From contig JBEUKZ010000009.1 in assembly GCA_048128005.1 (NCBI GenBank), positions 62,001 through 126,000 of the forward strand: DNA of 64,000 nt, in the 5' to 3' direction. The stretch comes from Veleropilina oligotropha. Lineage: Eukaryota. Position numbers and translations under genes: made by a program. Numbering within the stretch: the first letter of the stretch is position 1; the number at the start of each line of letters is the position of its first letter. The notes under the pieces were generated by a model. It was not told where the DNA came from and searched no databases. It worked only from the letters and a program-made list of their open reading frames with translations. Shown in pieces: positions 25,297-38,871 of the stretch.

Positions 25297-27368
25297 GGTT
25301 GCCGGCGCTCGCGACGAGCCCAGTTGCACGCTTCCGCCGGTGGGAGCGTGTCTGTTAGAGTACAGCCTGTCCTGGCTGGAAATGACAGAGGACAACTGGG
25401 TTCACTCAGTCGTGAGTGCCGGATACATGTTGGCATTCAACCGGCATCCAACCCTAGACGCGACACCACCACCAGGACGCGCTCGTCTCCTGATAAGAGA
25501 AAAGCAAGCCATCCTAGACCAGGCAGTGCGGGACTTACTCTCAAAGAGAGCGATCTATCCCGCGCCGCCCAGCACACCAGGATATTACAGCCACTTTTTC
25601 CTGGTCCCGAAACCCGATGGCCGTTGGCGACCGATCCTCGATCTGTCGTTCCTCAACCAGTATCTTCGTACCGAGAAGTTCAAGCAAGAAACACTCGAAG
25701 GTACGAACGGCCATCCGTCCGGGCGACTGGGCAGCGTCTATCGACTTGACCGATGCGTACCTACACGTTCCGATGCACGTCTCGGCTCACCGGTACCTAC
25801 GGTTTGTCCACGGGGGAACGGTCTACCAATTCAGGTGTCTACCGTTCGGTCTATCGTCAGCCCCGTACGTCTTCACGCGGGTAGTACAGGCTCTCGGGGC
25901 CTTCCTACACTCGCAAGGGCACAGAGTACACATGTACCTCGACGACCGGTTGATTCTCGGGGCGTCCCGGGATCAGTGCCTCCAGTCTATGAGCGTTACC
26001 CTGTCATCGGCGAAGCGCCTAGGATTACAGATCAACAACGAGAAATCCTGCTTCGTGCCCTCGACGACGTTTACATTTCTAGGGGTCGAATTCGACACGG
26101 TCCGGTACACCGCGAAACCGACTCAGAAACGTATAGAGAACCTACGCGCAGTTATACTGGAAACAAAGTCTTCACGGATAACTACAGCGCGACGACTGGC
26201 CACTGTCCTAGGGCACATCGAGTCGGTAGCTCCCCTGTTACCGACGGGTCGCATGGACAAACGACCGTTGCAGCAGGCCTTCAAGGACCGCTGGATACAA
26301 CGTACGGGACAGTGGACGGATCGCATCGATCTATGGCATTGGTTCAATCGCACGACAGCAGTGTGGCTGAACACTACCCTGCCGAGCCAGTCGGTTCCGA
26401 TATCCCCCCCAGAACCGAACGCCTACCTCTTCACGGACGCGTCAAACGAGGGCTGGGGAGGTCACCTCGACAGTCACGAGACATCGGGCCTATGGCTGAT
26501 GGACCTTCAGGGACGACACATCAACTTCCTAGAGTTAGAAGCCGTCTACCTGTCAGTACAGTCCCTCTCGTCACACCTCCGCAACAAGCACATAATGCTA
26601 GCAACGGACAACACGACTGTCGTCGCTTACATTCAGCACCAGGGCGGCACCCGCTCCCGTCCGCTTTGCGACCGAGCGATCGACCTACACCGCCTAGTGA
26701 TGTCCCTCAACTCGACAATTCGAGCCCGACACATCCCGGGGAAGCTGAATGTCAGAGCGGATACGCTCTCTCGGAAAACACAGATTATACACACCGAGTG
26801 GACGCTACACGCCCGTGTAGCCCGAGATGTCTGTCGCCTGTGGTCGCAGCCTCAAGTCGATCTATTCGCAACCGAATACAATCACCGACTCCCTCTCTAT
26901 GTGTCTCCTTACCCGGACCCGGCCGCTATAGCGGTCGACGCTCTGTCAATGAGATGGGAGAATCTGATCGCCTACGCCTTTCCGCCGTCGTGCATGTTGC
27001 CACAGGTACTACGGAAAGCAACACGCGAAGACTGCGAGTTGACGCTGATAGCACCCCTACAACGCACGCAGTCCTGGTTTCCGACGCTTCTGGATCTACT
27101 CATCGATCAGCCACTTGCGCTCCCGCAGATGACAGACCTGTTATCGCAACCGCGCAGTCGGGTCCTACACCCGTCGGCGAACGAGTTTCACTTTCACGCC
27201 TGGCGACTATCGAGAGATCGCTCATTAAGAAAGGCTTTTCTAGAGCGACAGCCCAGCGCATCTACCGATCTAGAAGGCAATCTACAACCAAGGTATACGA
27301 CTACCGATGGAAGAAATTTGTGGATTGGTGTCGCGGGCGGCAGGTCAATATTTTCCGCCCCCCTGTGA
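25295..27368 (+). pseudogene. DIRS family B pol (RT-RNase H-MT) with 2-bp deletion near 25692
   Basis: PVGACL..WRPILDL is in one frame; SIDLTDAY, YLDD, FTDAS and YAFPP are in another. GAAACACTCGAAG versus family A GAAACCCTCTCGAAG. Confidence 0.88.
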
Positions 27369-28282
27369 CAAAATTTATCGAGTTTTTGTCGTCGTTGCTC
27401 GAACGTGGAATGTCTATTTCCGCGGTCAAAGGCTACCGATCATGCATAGCAACGACGTTACGACAATGCCGCGAGCACACCCGCTTGTCTACCGACAAAA
27501 CAATATCGGACTTTATACGCTCCTACCAACTCGAACGACCCATTCAGCAAGTGCGGCCGCCTGCTTGGAATGTTATGTTGATTCTCAATGCTTTACTTAG
27601 ATGCCCGTTCGAGCCTATGAGTGAATGTTCCCTCAAAAATCTCACTTATAAGACCGTATTTCTTACCGCTCTCGCCACCGGTAACCGGGCATCGGAGATA
27701 CACGCATTATCCGGAGAGCTGCGAGATATACACTTCCACACCGATGGGTCGTTGACGCTGCATACAGTCCTTGGCTTCCTCGCGAAGACACAAAGACCTG
27801 AAGATATCTGTCCCGAGGTTTGTATCCGTAACCTCTCCATGTTGGGTAGAGATGATATCGACCGCCTGAACTGCCCCGTTCGTGCGCTGAGATTCTACCT
27901 GGATCGGACCCGTGACCTACGGCACGGCAAAAAGCGTTTATTCGTAAGCCACATGCCTCAATTCCACCGCGACATTCGCAAATCGACTGTTTCACGTTGG
28001 ATAGTCTCTGTTGTAAAAGAAATTTACAGTCGGTCCGATGAGCCAGAACGAGATCTCGTTTCAATTCACGCGCATGAAACTCGTGCTTTAGCGACCTCCT
28101 TGGCCTTCAAATATAATTTGAATATCAATGCAATCTTGAAGGCTGGTTACTGGAAGAGTGCTAATACCTTTGTTCGCTTCTACCTGCGTGATTACGCTAC
28201 CACGGCATCTGGCGAACATCGAATTTCCTTTGTGGCGGCAAATCAACAATGTATTAGAGGATCTAGGTCATCCTTGCAGTGA
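25297..28282 (+). pseudogene. DIRS family B ORF3 (overlapping extension plus tyrosine recombinase), same 2-bp lesion upstream; YR domain itself intact
   Basis: TGNRASE, FLAKTQ, HETR, GYW, RFY motifs. Confidence 0.85.
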
Positions 28283-28706
28283 ATGGTATAATGAATAGTA
28301 CCAGGACACTGAGGTAATGTAATGTAATTCTATTTGTGTACATTGTAAACACCCTTAGAATTGACTCCAATGTTATTTCTTTCTTAAACTTATTAAGAAA
28401 TTGAAATTATCTATTCAACTGAGTTAATATGAAATTAATGCTCACATTGGATGCAAACATTTATATTACGAAATCTTAAAAATGTTTTTTGTAAATAATA
28501 TTATTTTAAAAATGTTCTACTTGCTGTCGCAGAACATTTCAATGTTCTTACATTGAAAAAATTTTAATATTATTCTCTACTTAAAATTATTTAAATAACA
28601 TGTTATCATTTTGCAAGATGGACATGCAAAATTTTTATTATTTCAAGATGAAGTTAATGAATATTCTTCAATCTATTAATAATTGTCACGGTTTTATAGC
28701 ACAATA

Positions 28707-29017
28707 AACCTGCCTAGGTTCGGGTGCCTCTAAGAACCACGTCTTGCAGTTTTCTGTCTGCCGACCTTTGAGTCCGGAATATTCAGATCACTGTTTTTGC
28801 TCATGACACGAGTGCCTCAAGGTATACCTTCCGCACGGTGTCCGGAGCTACATGCACTTTCGTGTTACCTGTCCGACTAACATCCCTGGCGTGTTTTCCC
28901 AGATTTCTTGGTCGAAATCTCACCCCGGGGTAAGAGTAGATTTGATGCTCAGTAAAATCCACTCTGAGCGGACTCGATCTCAACGCTATAAGCGTCGTCT
29001 TCTGGTAACAAGTAAGT
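28707..29017 (+). ncRNA. Candidate conserved structured RNA/ssDNA element in the DIRS 3' region (family B)
   Basis: Motif order and compensatory stems shared with 46443-46748. Confidence 0.5.
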
Positions 29018-29067
29018 TTTTAATTTTGGTGTATGGAACTTATAACTCCGCCAACCAAAGTTATTCT

Positions 29068-29158
29068 TGGCATTAGTAAGGACGTAAGTATATTTGATAT
29101 AGATAGGAGGATTAAGAGTAATCCCCTTGTATCTATAATAATATACTTACGTCCTTAC
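29068..29158 (+). repeat. DIRS internal complementary region (ICR), family B
   Basis: Reverse complement of the left end joined to reverse complement of the right end. C4 in the ICR versus G3 at the right end. Confidence 0.92.
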
Positions 29159-29921
29159 CCACTTGGCCCACCCTGCTTCGCACCTCCCCTCTTATATAAG
29201 TTCTTTGCCTTGGGGTTTGCTAAAACTTCGGATGAGGTCATGACCTTTTGGTCACGAGGATCTCGCGGGAGTTGGCGAGCTCTTTATAGGCATGAACTTG
29301 AGGGAGGTCGAGCGGGTCAGTGGGTCAACTGGGTTAAATTTACTAAAAAGTGCGAAAATTACCATTTCCACCTTGTCCGGATTTAGTGATAATAGGCTTA
29401 TTATGGCATTAGTAAGGACGTAAGTATATTATTATAGATACAAGGGATTACTCTTAATCCTCCTATTTATTAAATTATTGTACAATACAAGCGTTGTTAT
29501 CTTATTAATAATAGAAAATAAATACATTAATTCAGCAAATATTATGACGTGTTGTGCTATATCGTTAAGTGGTAGCCAATCACGCCTTGCGTATCATCCG
29601 CAGTGTCAGCGATTCGTCAAGATGGCGGAATCTACTGATTACGTTTCGTTATCTAGGACCACAAACGGCAAATCGTCAGTTTGGGACCACTTTGGTCACC
29701 CCATCTATGACCAGATGACGTTAACGGACAAAGGCACACAGATAAAACAAAAACAGTCTGTAAATTATGCCAAACTATTATTATAAAGCACACTGGTACA
29801 CGACAAATATTATGTAATTGACAACATAACAGGTATTGCAATACGTATCATATCGTAAACCATGTATCGCGATACGTATCGTATCGGGCAACAGGCGTAT
29901 CGTCCCAGTCCTAGTAAATAT

Positions 29922-30560
29922 AGATTTACTTTTAAGCAAAAAATTGCGAAACGATTACGATGTTTCAGTCCGTCGACTGCCGACCTTGGCCATGTAATGA
30001 CGGTTCATAACGTAGCGCTCTGCGTGGCAGGAGAATCGATGTGTAGACGGCCGGGAGGTGGTAGCCCATGGATTGTACATCCGAAGGACAAAACACCCAT
30101 GGCAAAGCCGTGTAACACCATATATCACATTACGTGTGACACAGACGACCAACACATCTACATCGGTGAAACGAAACACTCCCTAAAGCAGCGGTTCACG
30201 GAACATTGTAACATAGAGCGACCCACAGGTGTAGGGGACCATTGTCTAGAGACTGGACACTCAGTATCCATAAAGAACACCAGGAAACTAACACAAGAAG
30301 AAGACTGGTTCAGTCGCAAAGTGACATCAGGCAACAGAAACCCACCATGAACTGGGACCTGGGATACCACCCCGGCCGACTACACATTGATTCTCCTGCC
30401 ACGTAGAGCGCTATGTCATAAACCGTCATTATGTGACCAAGGTCTGCAGTAGATGGACCGAAATGTCGTAATCGTTTCGAATTTTTTTTGTTTCAAAGCA
30501 AGATCTATATTTACTATTTATTATCCATGTGATTCTTGAAACCATGAACAATTTATTCCA
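29922..30560 (+). mobile_element. Penelope-like element fragment: inverted pLTR, GIY-YIG endonuclease C-terminus, pLTR
   Basis: HPKDK..NTIYHITC..IYIGETKHSLKQRFTEH..VGDHC..GH. 29922-30065 is inverted relative to 30360-30510. The tip of the inverted repeat continues at ~21654-21676. Confidence 0.85.
30428..30472 (+). ncRNA. Minimal type I hammerhead ribozyme-like motif (G3-C8 variant) in Penelope pLTR
   Basis: ATTAT-GTGACCA-A-GGTCTG/TGGACC-GAAA-TGTC-GTAAT. Three further copies (12373-12417 minus, 15185-15228 plus, 29954-29998 minus). Confidence 0.6.
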
Positions 30561-31703
30561 TATTTTAACAGTTTTTCAGTAGTGTCTTTATTCGTGGCCT
30601 CGGTTTATATACGAATTTGTCTGCTTGCTGCCGGTTTTAAATCTTGGCCAGTGAATAAAATGCAAACCGTGAACAAAAACAATCTCTAATGCGATTATTA
30701 ATCAGATAATGAATTAGAAAGTAAAAGTAATGCAAGTACATGATTCATTAAAGTAGCAATAATTCAGCCCAGCCGATCATAACACAGCAGGGATGAGGTT
30801 CACGTGATATTCATGTTGTGGACGAAATGTAAATGTATCCAAACCCATGTTAAAACATATTACATTGACAACACTTGGTTATTTGAATCAGGTAATTATT
30901 TAGAAACAAGAAGATACATGTATATTTTTATGCCCCATAAAGTAATTGTTATAGAGCATGAAGACTAATTCCATAAAAACATTCCGGCCACACATGGTCA
31001 TATATATATATGCCATAGTTAATAAAGAGTTAAATTAGATTATGCTTGATAATAAATCCTGGTCACTTGTAGCAGATGCTATATGAAAAGACGGCTACAG
31101 CTGGATGTACCTTCAGACTTGCAGATAACAATGTAAAACAGCTGTGTATCTCATGACTTATATTTCTTTGAGAACATTTATGGGAACACATAGATTGACC
31201 TGTTTAGTTAAGGAAATCAGTCTTTCATGATGTATTTCCATGATGTATTTCCATGGTTCACGTTTCATTAAAGTTCCAATGCCCATAAGTAGCGAGGCCG
31301 CAATTGTATTTTTGCCAATTAGCATAAGTTAGTGCCTACCAATTAAAAGTAAAGAAGAACGACGCGTTCGGAATATGTCTTGACTTTTCTTTATTTCCGT
31401 CAGATTTTCAGAACAGCTATAATGTTACAATGGCGAAGTTTACTACAAGACTTTACCACCCCGTCGATTGTGACGTCACTCAATGAAGATTAATCTAAAG
31501 CGTCATCGTAATGACGTCATTGCTATTTACTAGAAACATTTGACATACGTTATATACAAATATACATAAAAGTGCCTAATAAATGCATATTTTTGCAATA
31601 TTGTGTCGCGAAAGTTATATACACGACCTACAAATACTCGTGGGAATGTGTGTACCAATTTTGGTAAAAATTGGACAGGTAGTTTTCTCATAATCCTGCG
31701 GAG

Positions 31704-31737
<34 letters not shown>

Positions 31738-31890
31738 TTTTATAATGTCTTGTCCTTTTTTTAAAAAAGGTCAAGACATAAAAACAAAACAGTGTCCATT
31801 TAAATATGAGTGACTGATGTCACGTCGAAAGAAACTTTGGGCACTGCCAAAGTTAACTTTAGCATTGTGGAAAGTTGAGCTGCAGCATTA

Positions 31891-32246
31891 TTAATAATAA
31901 TAAGTCATCTTGTAATGCGCACAATTCCAAACACTAGGTGATTGCTCGTGGTGCAGACATCATTATTATTCCCTGGTTAACGGCCTGTTCTGTTCGAGAT
32001 TCCATCTCAACTCTCTCTGAGAGTATAACAGCTGAGCTGCCATTTATAGGCGCATCAGACTAGTCTGACGTAATTACAATTTCCATCACTGCCTACCAGG
32101 TACCCACTCAGATCTCAGATCGGCTGGGTGAAACCGAGGCACATATATGCTAAATTCCTTGCCCAAGGAAATTCGGCGGGATCAGGGATTGAACCCCAAA
32201 CCTCTCGATGAGAGGCCAGTGCATCTACCACTGTACCACGGCTGCA
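31891..32246 (-). mobile_element. tRNA-derived SINE, family 3 (conserved central-domain type)
   Basis: Minus strand: GCAGCCGTGGTACAGTGGTAGA..GGTTCAATCCC head, CCTTGGGCAAGG and GAGTGGGTACCTGG blocks, (TTA)n tail. Confidence 0.7.
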
Positions 32247-33371
32247 TACTGATTTACTATTGCACAAGAATATCACATCGCATGCAACTTAGATTTAAAA
32301 TACATTTTTCATATTTGACGATACTTCTGTAAATTTCGACGAAAAGACTGACAAAACAAACAGACGACACGTTGTTGGGCGTAGGGGTGGGAATTCCACC
32401 AAAACGGCTGCCGTTGAATGTTAATATTTCACTAGCGATTAGCGTTTTTGGCCACAATTTTTCATTATAAAACACTAACAATGTGCGTATGTTCTTCCAT
32501 TTTAAATCATACATCAACTTTAATGTCAACATGTCAACAGAGAAATTACACTTACTATTGACTAAGTTCTGCTGTGGTAGCTAAAATACGTAAGTCATTT
32601 GCAGATCGTTTTCTGTTAGTAAGTTTAAGTTCTCGCACGTTTGTAGTGTTCATGGCTGGTATATGGTTGCCTACCTGGTAATGCGGAAGAGTATAGCTTG
32701 ACCGTCGAGGATACATAATCCCTAACAAGTTTCTTCAACTGTTTTCTATCAACTTCTCGAGTTTTCAAAGTTGTGGACATTAGCTGGGTATTAAAGTGGC
32801 TTTCATTTAGTGATCTGTACAATTATAAGTCATATATCACATTCCGATCAGTGAACCTATGTAATACTTCTCTGTTGCTCCTTTGTTGCTTGTAGTTATA
32901 CTGCCTGCTAATTTTATGAAGCCAAGTTGTTTATGATTGATATAGATGCTGACCTATATTTCTCCTGAGCAGTCACGCAGGTTTAATATACCTGGCGGGA
33001 TTGGCTGCATTGTTGATAGGCATGTCCAGCCCTAAGTGATTTGAGAACTTTTGTGGGACAAGTATTGAATATCATACACCAATCCCCATTGACATCATCA
33101 GTGTAAAGACTATATCGGGAAATGTAGACAGCAATGGCTTTGGGCTGTATATATATGCAATTTATGTACGCAAAGGTGAATTGGAAATTATAGAAGAATG
33201 TATGATAACATAATTATGGGTGGCATATTCAATATCTACACAATATACAGCAATTGCATATAGGATAAGTTATGTGTATTAGTGTAACTATCAATTGTTA
33301 CAGTTTATGTTTTGGCAATAGATTTTAATTTATCTTTCATATAAATCATTTAAAATGTGAATGATTGAATA

Positions 33372-34845
33372 AAATATCAGGAGAACGACGGTGAAATATC
33401 AGGAGAACGGCGGTGAAATATCAGGAGAACGACGGTGAAATATCAGGAGAACGAAGGTGAAATATCAGGAGAACGACGGTGAAATATCAGGAGAACGACG
33501 GTGAAATATCAGGAGAATGACGGTGAAATATCAGGAGAACGACGGTGAAATATCAGGAGAATGACGGTGAAATATCAGGAGAACGAAGGCGAAATATCAG
33601 GAGAACGACGGTGAAATATCAGGAGAATGACGGTGAAATATCAGGAGAACGGCGGTGAAATATCAGGAGAACGGCGGTGAAATATCAGGAGAATGACGGT
33701 GAAATATCAGGATAACGACGGTGAAATATCAGGAGAATGACGGTGAAATATCAGGAGAACGACGGTGAAATATCAGGAGAATGACGGTGAAATATCAGGA
33801 TAACGACGGTGAAATATCAGAAGAATGACGGTGAAATATCAGGAGAACGACGGTGAAATATCAGAAGAATGACGGTGAAATATCAGGATAACGACGGTGA
33901 AATATCAGAAGAATGACGTGAAATATCAGAAGAACGACGGTGAAATATCAGGAGAACGACGGTGAAATATGAGGAGAATGAAGGTGAAATATCAGGACAA
34001 CGACGGTGAAATATCAGGAGAACGACAGTGAAATATCAGGAGAACGACGGTGAAATATGAGGAGAACGACGGTGAAATATGAGGAGAGCGACGGTGAAAT
34101 ATCAGGAGAACGACTGTGAAATATGAGGAGAACGACGGTGAAATATGAGGAGAACGACGGTGAAATATGAGGAGAACGACGGTGAAATATGAGGAGAACG
34201 ACGGTGAAATATCAGGAGAACGACGGTGAAATATCAGGATAACGACGGTGAAATATCAGGAGAACGACAGTGAAATATCAGGAGAACGATGGTGAAATAT
34301 GAGGAGAACGACGGTGAAATATCAGGAGAACGACTGTGAAATATCAGGAGAACGACGGTGAAATATGAGGAGAACGACTGTGAAATATCAGGAGAACGAC
34401 AGTGAAATATCAGGAGAACGACTGTGAAATGTCAGGAGAACGACGGTGAAATATCAGGAGAACGACAGTGAAATATAAGGAGAACGACGGTGAAATATGA
34501 GGAGAACGACGGTGAATTATCAGGAGAATGACTGGGAAATATCAGGACAACGACGGTGAAATATCAGGACAACGACGGTGAAATATGAGGAGAACGACGG
34601 TGAAATATCAGGAGAACGAAGGTGAAATATCAGGAGAACGACTGTGAAATATGAGGAGAACGACGGTGAAATATCAGGAGAACGACTGTGAAATATGAGG
34701 AGAACGACTGTGAAATATCAGGAGAACGAAGGTGAAATATCAGGAGAACGACGGTGAAATATCAGGAGAACGACGGTGAAATATGAGGAGAACGACGGTG
34801 AAATATCAGGAGAACGACTGTGAAATATCATGAGAACGACGGTGA
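33372..34845. repeat. 22-bp minisatellite, about 67 units
   Basis: (GTGAAATATCAGGAGAACGACG)n read directly. Confidence 0.97.
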
Positions 34846-35012
34846 TCAAATTGTCGCCAGATGCAATGACGCATTTATTATGATGGCAAAATTCAATTAT
34901 CAACGTGAATATTTATTCATTAGGCTACCTTGTTGTTTTGTACAATAAATAAGAGATTTCCCGCAAAATGCTTATAAATAGAGATCTATGCACATTAATG
35001 TACTTCATCATA

Positions 35013-35153
35013 TGGGCCGCTTCGGCAGCGCAGTGGGTAAGAGTGTCCACTCTAAATTCACTGGCTTGATTCCGCTAATGCGAACAGTAGTGGGTTCAAT
35101 ACCTGGCTGAGGCATTGACATTTGTTCAAGTTATGATTCGCAGTTGTCCGCGA
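35013..35153 (+). mobile_element. SINE family 1, 3'-truncated
   Basis: Matches the head of 59092-59355. Confidence 0.8.
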
Positions 35154-36353
35154 GAAATTTGCGTATATCACGTTTTGGAAATGAACTCTTTTTATATATA
35201 GTAAATATTTGTCGACCAACAATATTTCAGTCTCGCTTTAACCCTCTCAAATCTTGACGTGTATACACTAAGAATTTGAACTATCACTTATTACAAGTTG
35301 TCCTTGATTCGTCTTGATTTCCTGTCATGGTGCCTGTGCAATGCCCGCTTCTGAATGATATACATATCTATTCAACATAGTGTTATACAATGTCAAACGA
35401 AATTACTGTTTCATGCTGAACTATCTTTTCATGCAGTAATCCCTGCCGTAAGCTTAGTTAAATAAATTGTCTTCATTAGATTTAAAATGCCATAGCTTGT
35501 TATTATAGTACACATTATTATTATATTCAAATGTGACTTATTTGAAGGATATATTCGTTTAACTAAGTTACTAAATGATAAACTGAAACTGCACATACAT
35601 CTACAATAGATAACAACTATATGATTCATTGAATAGTGTTGTATCCTTGATCCCTTATCCTTATAAAAGCCCTAAGCAACTTAGCAGAGTTTAAACACCC
35701 TGTTTATATTTGCATTTTAGTGTCGCTGTATGGATTCTGCTACAAGGGAGATAAGTGTGTAGATTCTCAAGCTGTGTGCAGAGAAAGCTTCTGCATGTGT
35801 ATCGATGGTTACCATGCAAAATTTGGACAGTGTCGTAAGTTGTCATCAATATTTGCCTTTTAGTTATCGTAATGATGCCTTGTGTAATGGTTTGGATGTG
35901 AACTTGGGAAGATTTTAGAGTCATTAGACATGCATAATTATCAATCTGACTTCGCATTTCTTTTTATTTTCAACCTCTTAGACCAGAATTATCTATTATA
36001 AAATATTGTGGCGTAGTTAAAAATAGTTTGCTATCATGTCCCGATGATGGTACATTTAGATATATAGTACTTTAGCAGTCACTCAAAGTTGAAAATACGG
36101 CTTTCTTGAAGGTAAAGCTTTATTTAAAGAATGAGATGTCCAGCAGTCTTTGAAGTTCATGCCGACTGGGTATGGGAATTGCTCCTAATTCACTTTCATT
36201 CACACAGACTACTCTTGCATCGCATTATGTTCAAATCGTATGCTTTGGACTGCGTCCCATGATCATATGACATAATCAACATGTTTGTCAGGCCATCAGT
36301 CAGATGATTTGTTTGTCAGGCCATCATTCGGATGATTTTCATGACTTTTGCAG

Positions 36354-36488
36354 GTCAGCTGTGCCAGCCTCATCAGTTTGAGTGCGATAATGGGCAGGAC
36401 GGACCCGACTGTATTGATTCCGGATTGACGTGCGATGGCACACCACAATGCGCCGACGGGTCTGACGAAGACAGCTGCAAGCCAGAAG
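36354..36488 (+). CDS. LRP11: LRP11-like exon 3: LDL-receptor class A repeat
   Basis: CQPHQFECDNG..CI..LTCDGTPQCADGSDEDSC. TTTTGCAG acceptor, G|GTAATT donor, phase 1-1. Confidence 0.92.
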
Positions 36489-37251
36489 GTAATTTGAGTA
36501 TGGTGGTTGATCTGTGTGATCGAAAAAGTAATGTATAATTGAAATTACACCCAACAGATCTTTATGACCCATTTTGTGATTTCTGTTCACCCGATATATG
36601 TAACGCGTTATTACACAATACACACCATGTGGCGGTTAATTGAACAATAGGCCTCCTAATGTTCATTTCCCAATTGTTTCCGTTAACAACTCAGACAATG
36701 GTTAACTCAGCTTACTGGCCAGACTTAATTGAGTGACATAGGATTTGACAACTTGCCAATGGAAGAGTCGATTTCTCATATTACTTCACGGTGTGTATAA
36801 CATATATTATTATCCATCGCTTTGTTAATGCCGTTTCTGATTGGTCGAGAGTAACCGCACCCCCTGTCTAATAACTGAAACTGTCTAATAAATACCAACA
36901 AGTGCTAAAAAGTGGTCGTAAAACAAGGTTGCCAACCAATCGTGTGACACTCCTGTGAACTTGGACGGTTTTAGACATGCATAATTATCGGTCTGTCTTC
37001 GCCATTTCTATTTATTTTCAGCCTCTTAGACCAGAATTATTTATTATGAAACGTGGCGTAGTTAAAGTTAAAACAGTTTCCAGACTTAATTGAGTGAACC
37101 AATAAATTTGTGTTAAATACGCTTGCTTGTACACTTTATTAGTGCAAATATATTAATAGCGCTGTCAAACACAATATATCTTATTGTCTGTACTTGAAGT
37201 GTTTGAAACATTGCAAACCAATTGGTAATTTTTATTCTGGATATTTACATT

Positions 37252-37483
37252 TTTATGCCACCACCAATTTATTGGGGTGGCATTTAGATTTACTCTTGTC
37301 TGTCCCGTCCGTCCGTCCGTCCGTCCCGCCCCGTCCGTCCCGAAACCAGTATTTGCGTGTAAGCAACTCCAATCTGCTATAACTTCTATTTGCCTTCATG
37401 GATTGACTTGATACTTTGTACACTGCCCCTATGGTCAAGGCTGCCAGTGGGGGCATTCGTGTCCGATGGACATATTTCTAGTT
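37252..37483 (-). mobile_element. Short HINE-like element
   Basis: TTTTTATGCCACC..GGTGGCAT hairpin, (GTCC)n microsatellite, CTAGTT end. Confidence 0.55.
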
Positions 37484-37551
37484 CTATTCATGTATGATGA
37501 TCTTGAGTACTGATTTACGTAGACGATGTCTTTTTTGTATATTCTGTTTAG

Positions 37552-38847
37552 AATCAGATCAAATGGAGAGCCAATTGCCCGGATCTGCTAACAAACCCCA
37601 CACCATACACCAAAACGTCCCGGCCTATGACTACTATTACCAACCGGTGGAATATTCCAACATCCAGAGCGAGCCAAACGAAAACTTAGGAAATCACAAG
37701 GGAGATAAGGACGAACCTCGTCCTCCAGCCATAGAAAAAGAAACTGATAATTCAGATGATTTGGAAAGAGTGGTTGAAAAGAGTAAGAATCAGCTTAGAG
37801 ATCCACTGAAGAATTCTTCAACATTAGCTGACGTTTCATTTATGAATTCAGAAAAAATAAAGGAAGTATCACCCGGTCAAGAAGGAATGCAGCAGTCAGC
37901 GGTACCTGCTCAGCACAAAGAGGAAAGCATGGCAAAACAAATCCACATGAAACAAATCGAAGAACACACTGATGGTAACCATAGGAACGGATATGGAGAT
38001 TCGTCAATAAATGATAATACAAAATCTGGCACATTAAATTCGTCTGAGGTGAAAACGGAACATGCATCTAAGGCGATGGGCAACAAAGCCCAATACGAAA
38101 AGGATGGAAGCCTTGAAGGTGAAGCAATGTACCAAGGTCATCATGTTGCCCATGGCCGAATATCAAATAATAGAGGTAGATATGGTGGAGTCAACACTGA
38201 AGATGGCTATGCTGCGGCACATGGCAGTGATGAAGCTGCGAAAGCGCACAACGGGGTTAGGTATCCTAGCAACCATAATGATGCCATGAATGGTAGAGAC
38301 GGTTACCATGACGAGGATGCTAATGTAATGCCTGCCGGTAATAGACATCATGGTGACACTGCTGATGCAATGGATAACAGAAACAGAGGTAGTCAAGGAA
38401 ACAATGGTAATGAAATGGCCGCTGAGGGTAGACTTAGTGGCCACCATGGTATAATGAAGGACGGCGCTAGATACAACAGCGGAGGCGACAAGCAAAGAGT
38501 GAATAGTAAGGGCCAACCATCAAGGATTGATGACACTAATCATATCAGGAAGCCTGCTATTTCCAGTCATAACATAGCAGAGGGTAAGGGATATTATGAA
38601 AGTGGTAAAGGCAACAAAAACGACCCTGTAGACGAAGATCGAAGGCCGCATATGCAAGAATCAATGAATCAGAATGGTCGTCAACAATGGCCAAATTGGA
38701 ATAGAGATGAACAGAGCCCCAAGTATCAACCGCCCGCTGGTCGTGATCCGTCATACGACTACTCAGACTTCGATCGATATTATCCGGATTACCCTTACTC
38801 GGGCCAGCCAAAGTATCCTGGCAGCTACCATCACCGTAACCAAGCAG
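37552..38847 (+). CDS. LRP11: LRP11-like exon 4: 432-codon low-complexity (G/N/D/H-rich) extracellular stalk
   Basis: Open frame. TGTTTAG acceptor, CAG|GTAGAT donor, phase 1-1 compatible with neighbours. Confidence 0.8.
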
Positions 38848-38871
38848 GTAGATGCATGACCATATACACCG

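Larger units (their letters stand above)
22063..29466 (+). mobile_element. Full-length DIRS1-like retrotransposon, family B
   Basis: ITRs (~22074-22282 / ~29222-29430), ICR at 29068-29158, TAT shared at both junctions, gag-pol-YR ORFs. Confidence 0.96.
21677..29913 (+). mobile_element. hAT deletion derivative with BED zinc-finger remnant, interrupted by DIRS copy B
   Basis: Perfect 8-bp TSD GTAAATAT (21669-21676, 29914-29921). Imperfect TIRs TGGTGGTGTGACGAT / ATCGTCCCAGTCCTA. Subterminal TATCG repeats. KSSVWDHF and CKLC remnants at ~29620-29800. Confidence 0.85.

Noticed and set aside
25190..28282. 1030-aa ORF as a natural RT-N-terminus/recombinase fusion
   Set aside because: Produced by the 2-bp deletion near 25692 joining the pol frame to the ORF3 frame.
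33372..34845. Regular array resembling CRISPR
   Set aside because: Head-to-tail 22-bp units with no unique spacers and no cas genes; eukaryotic intron.
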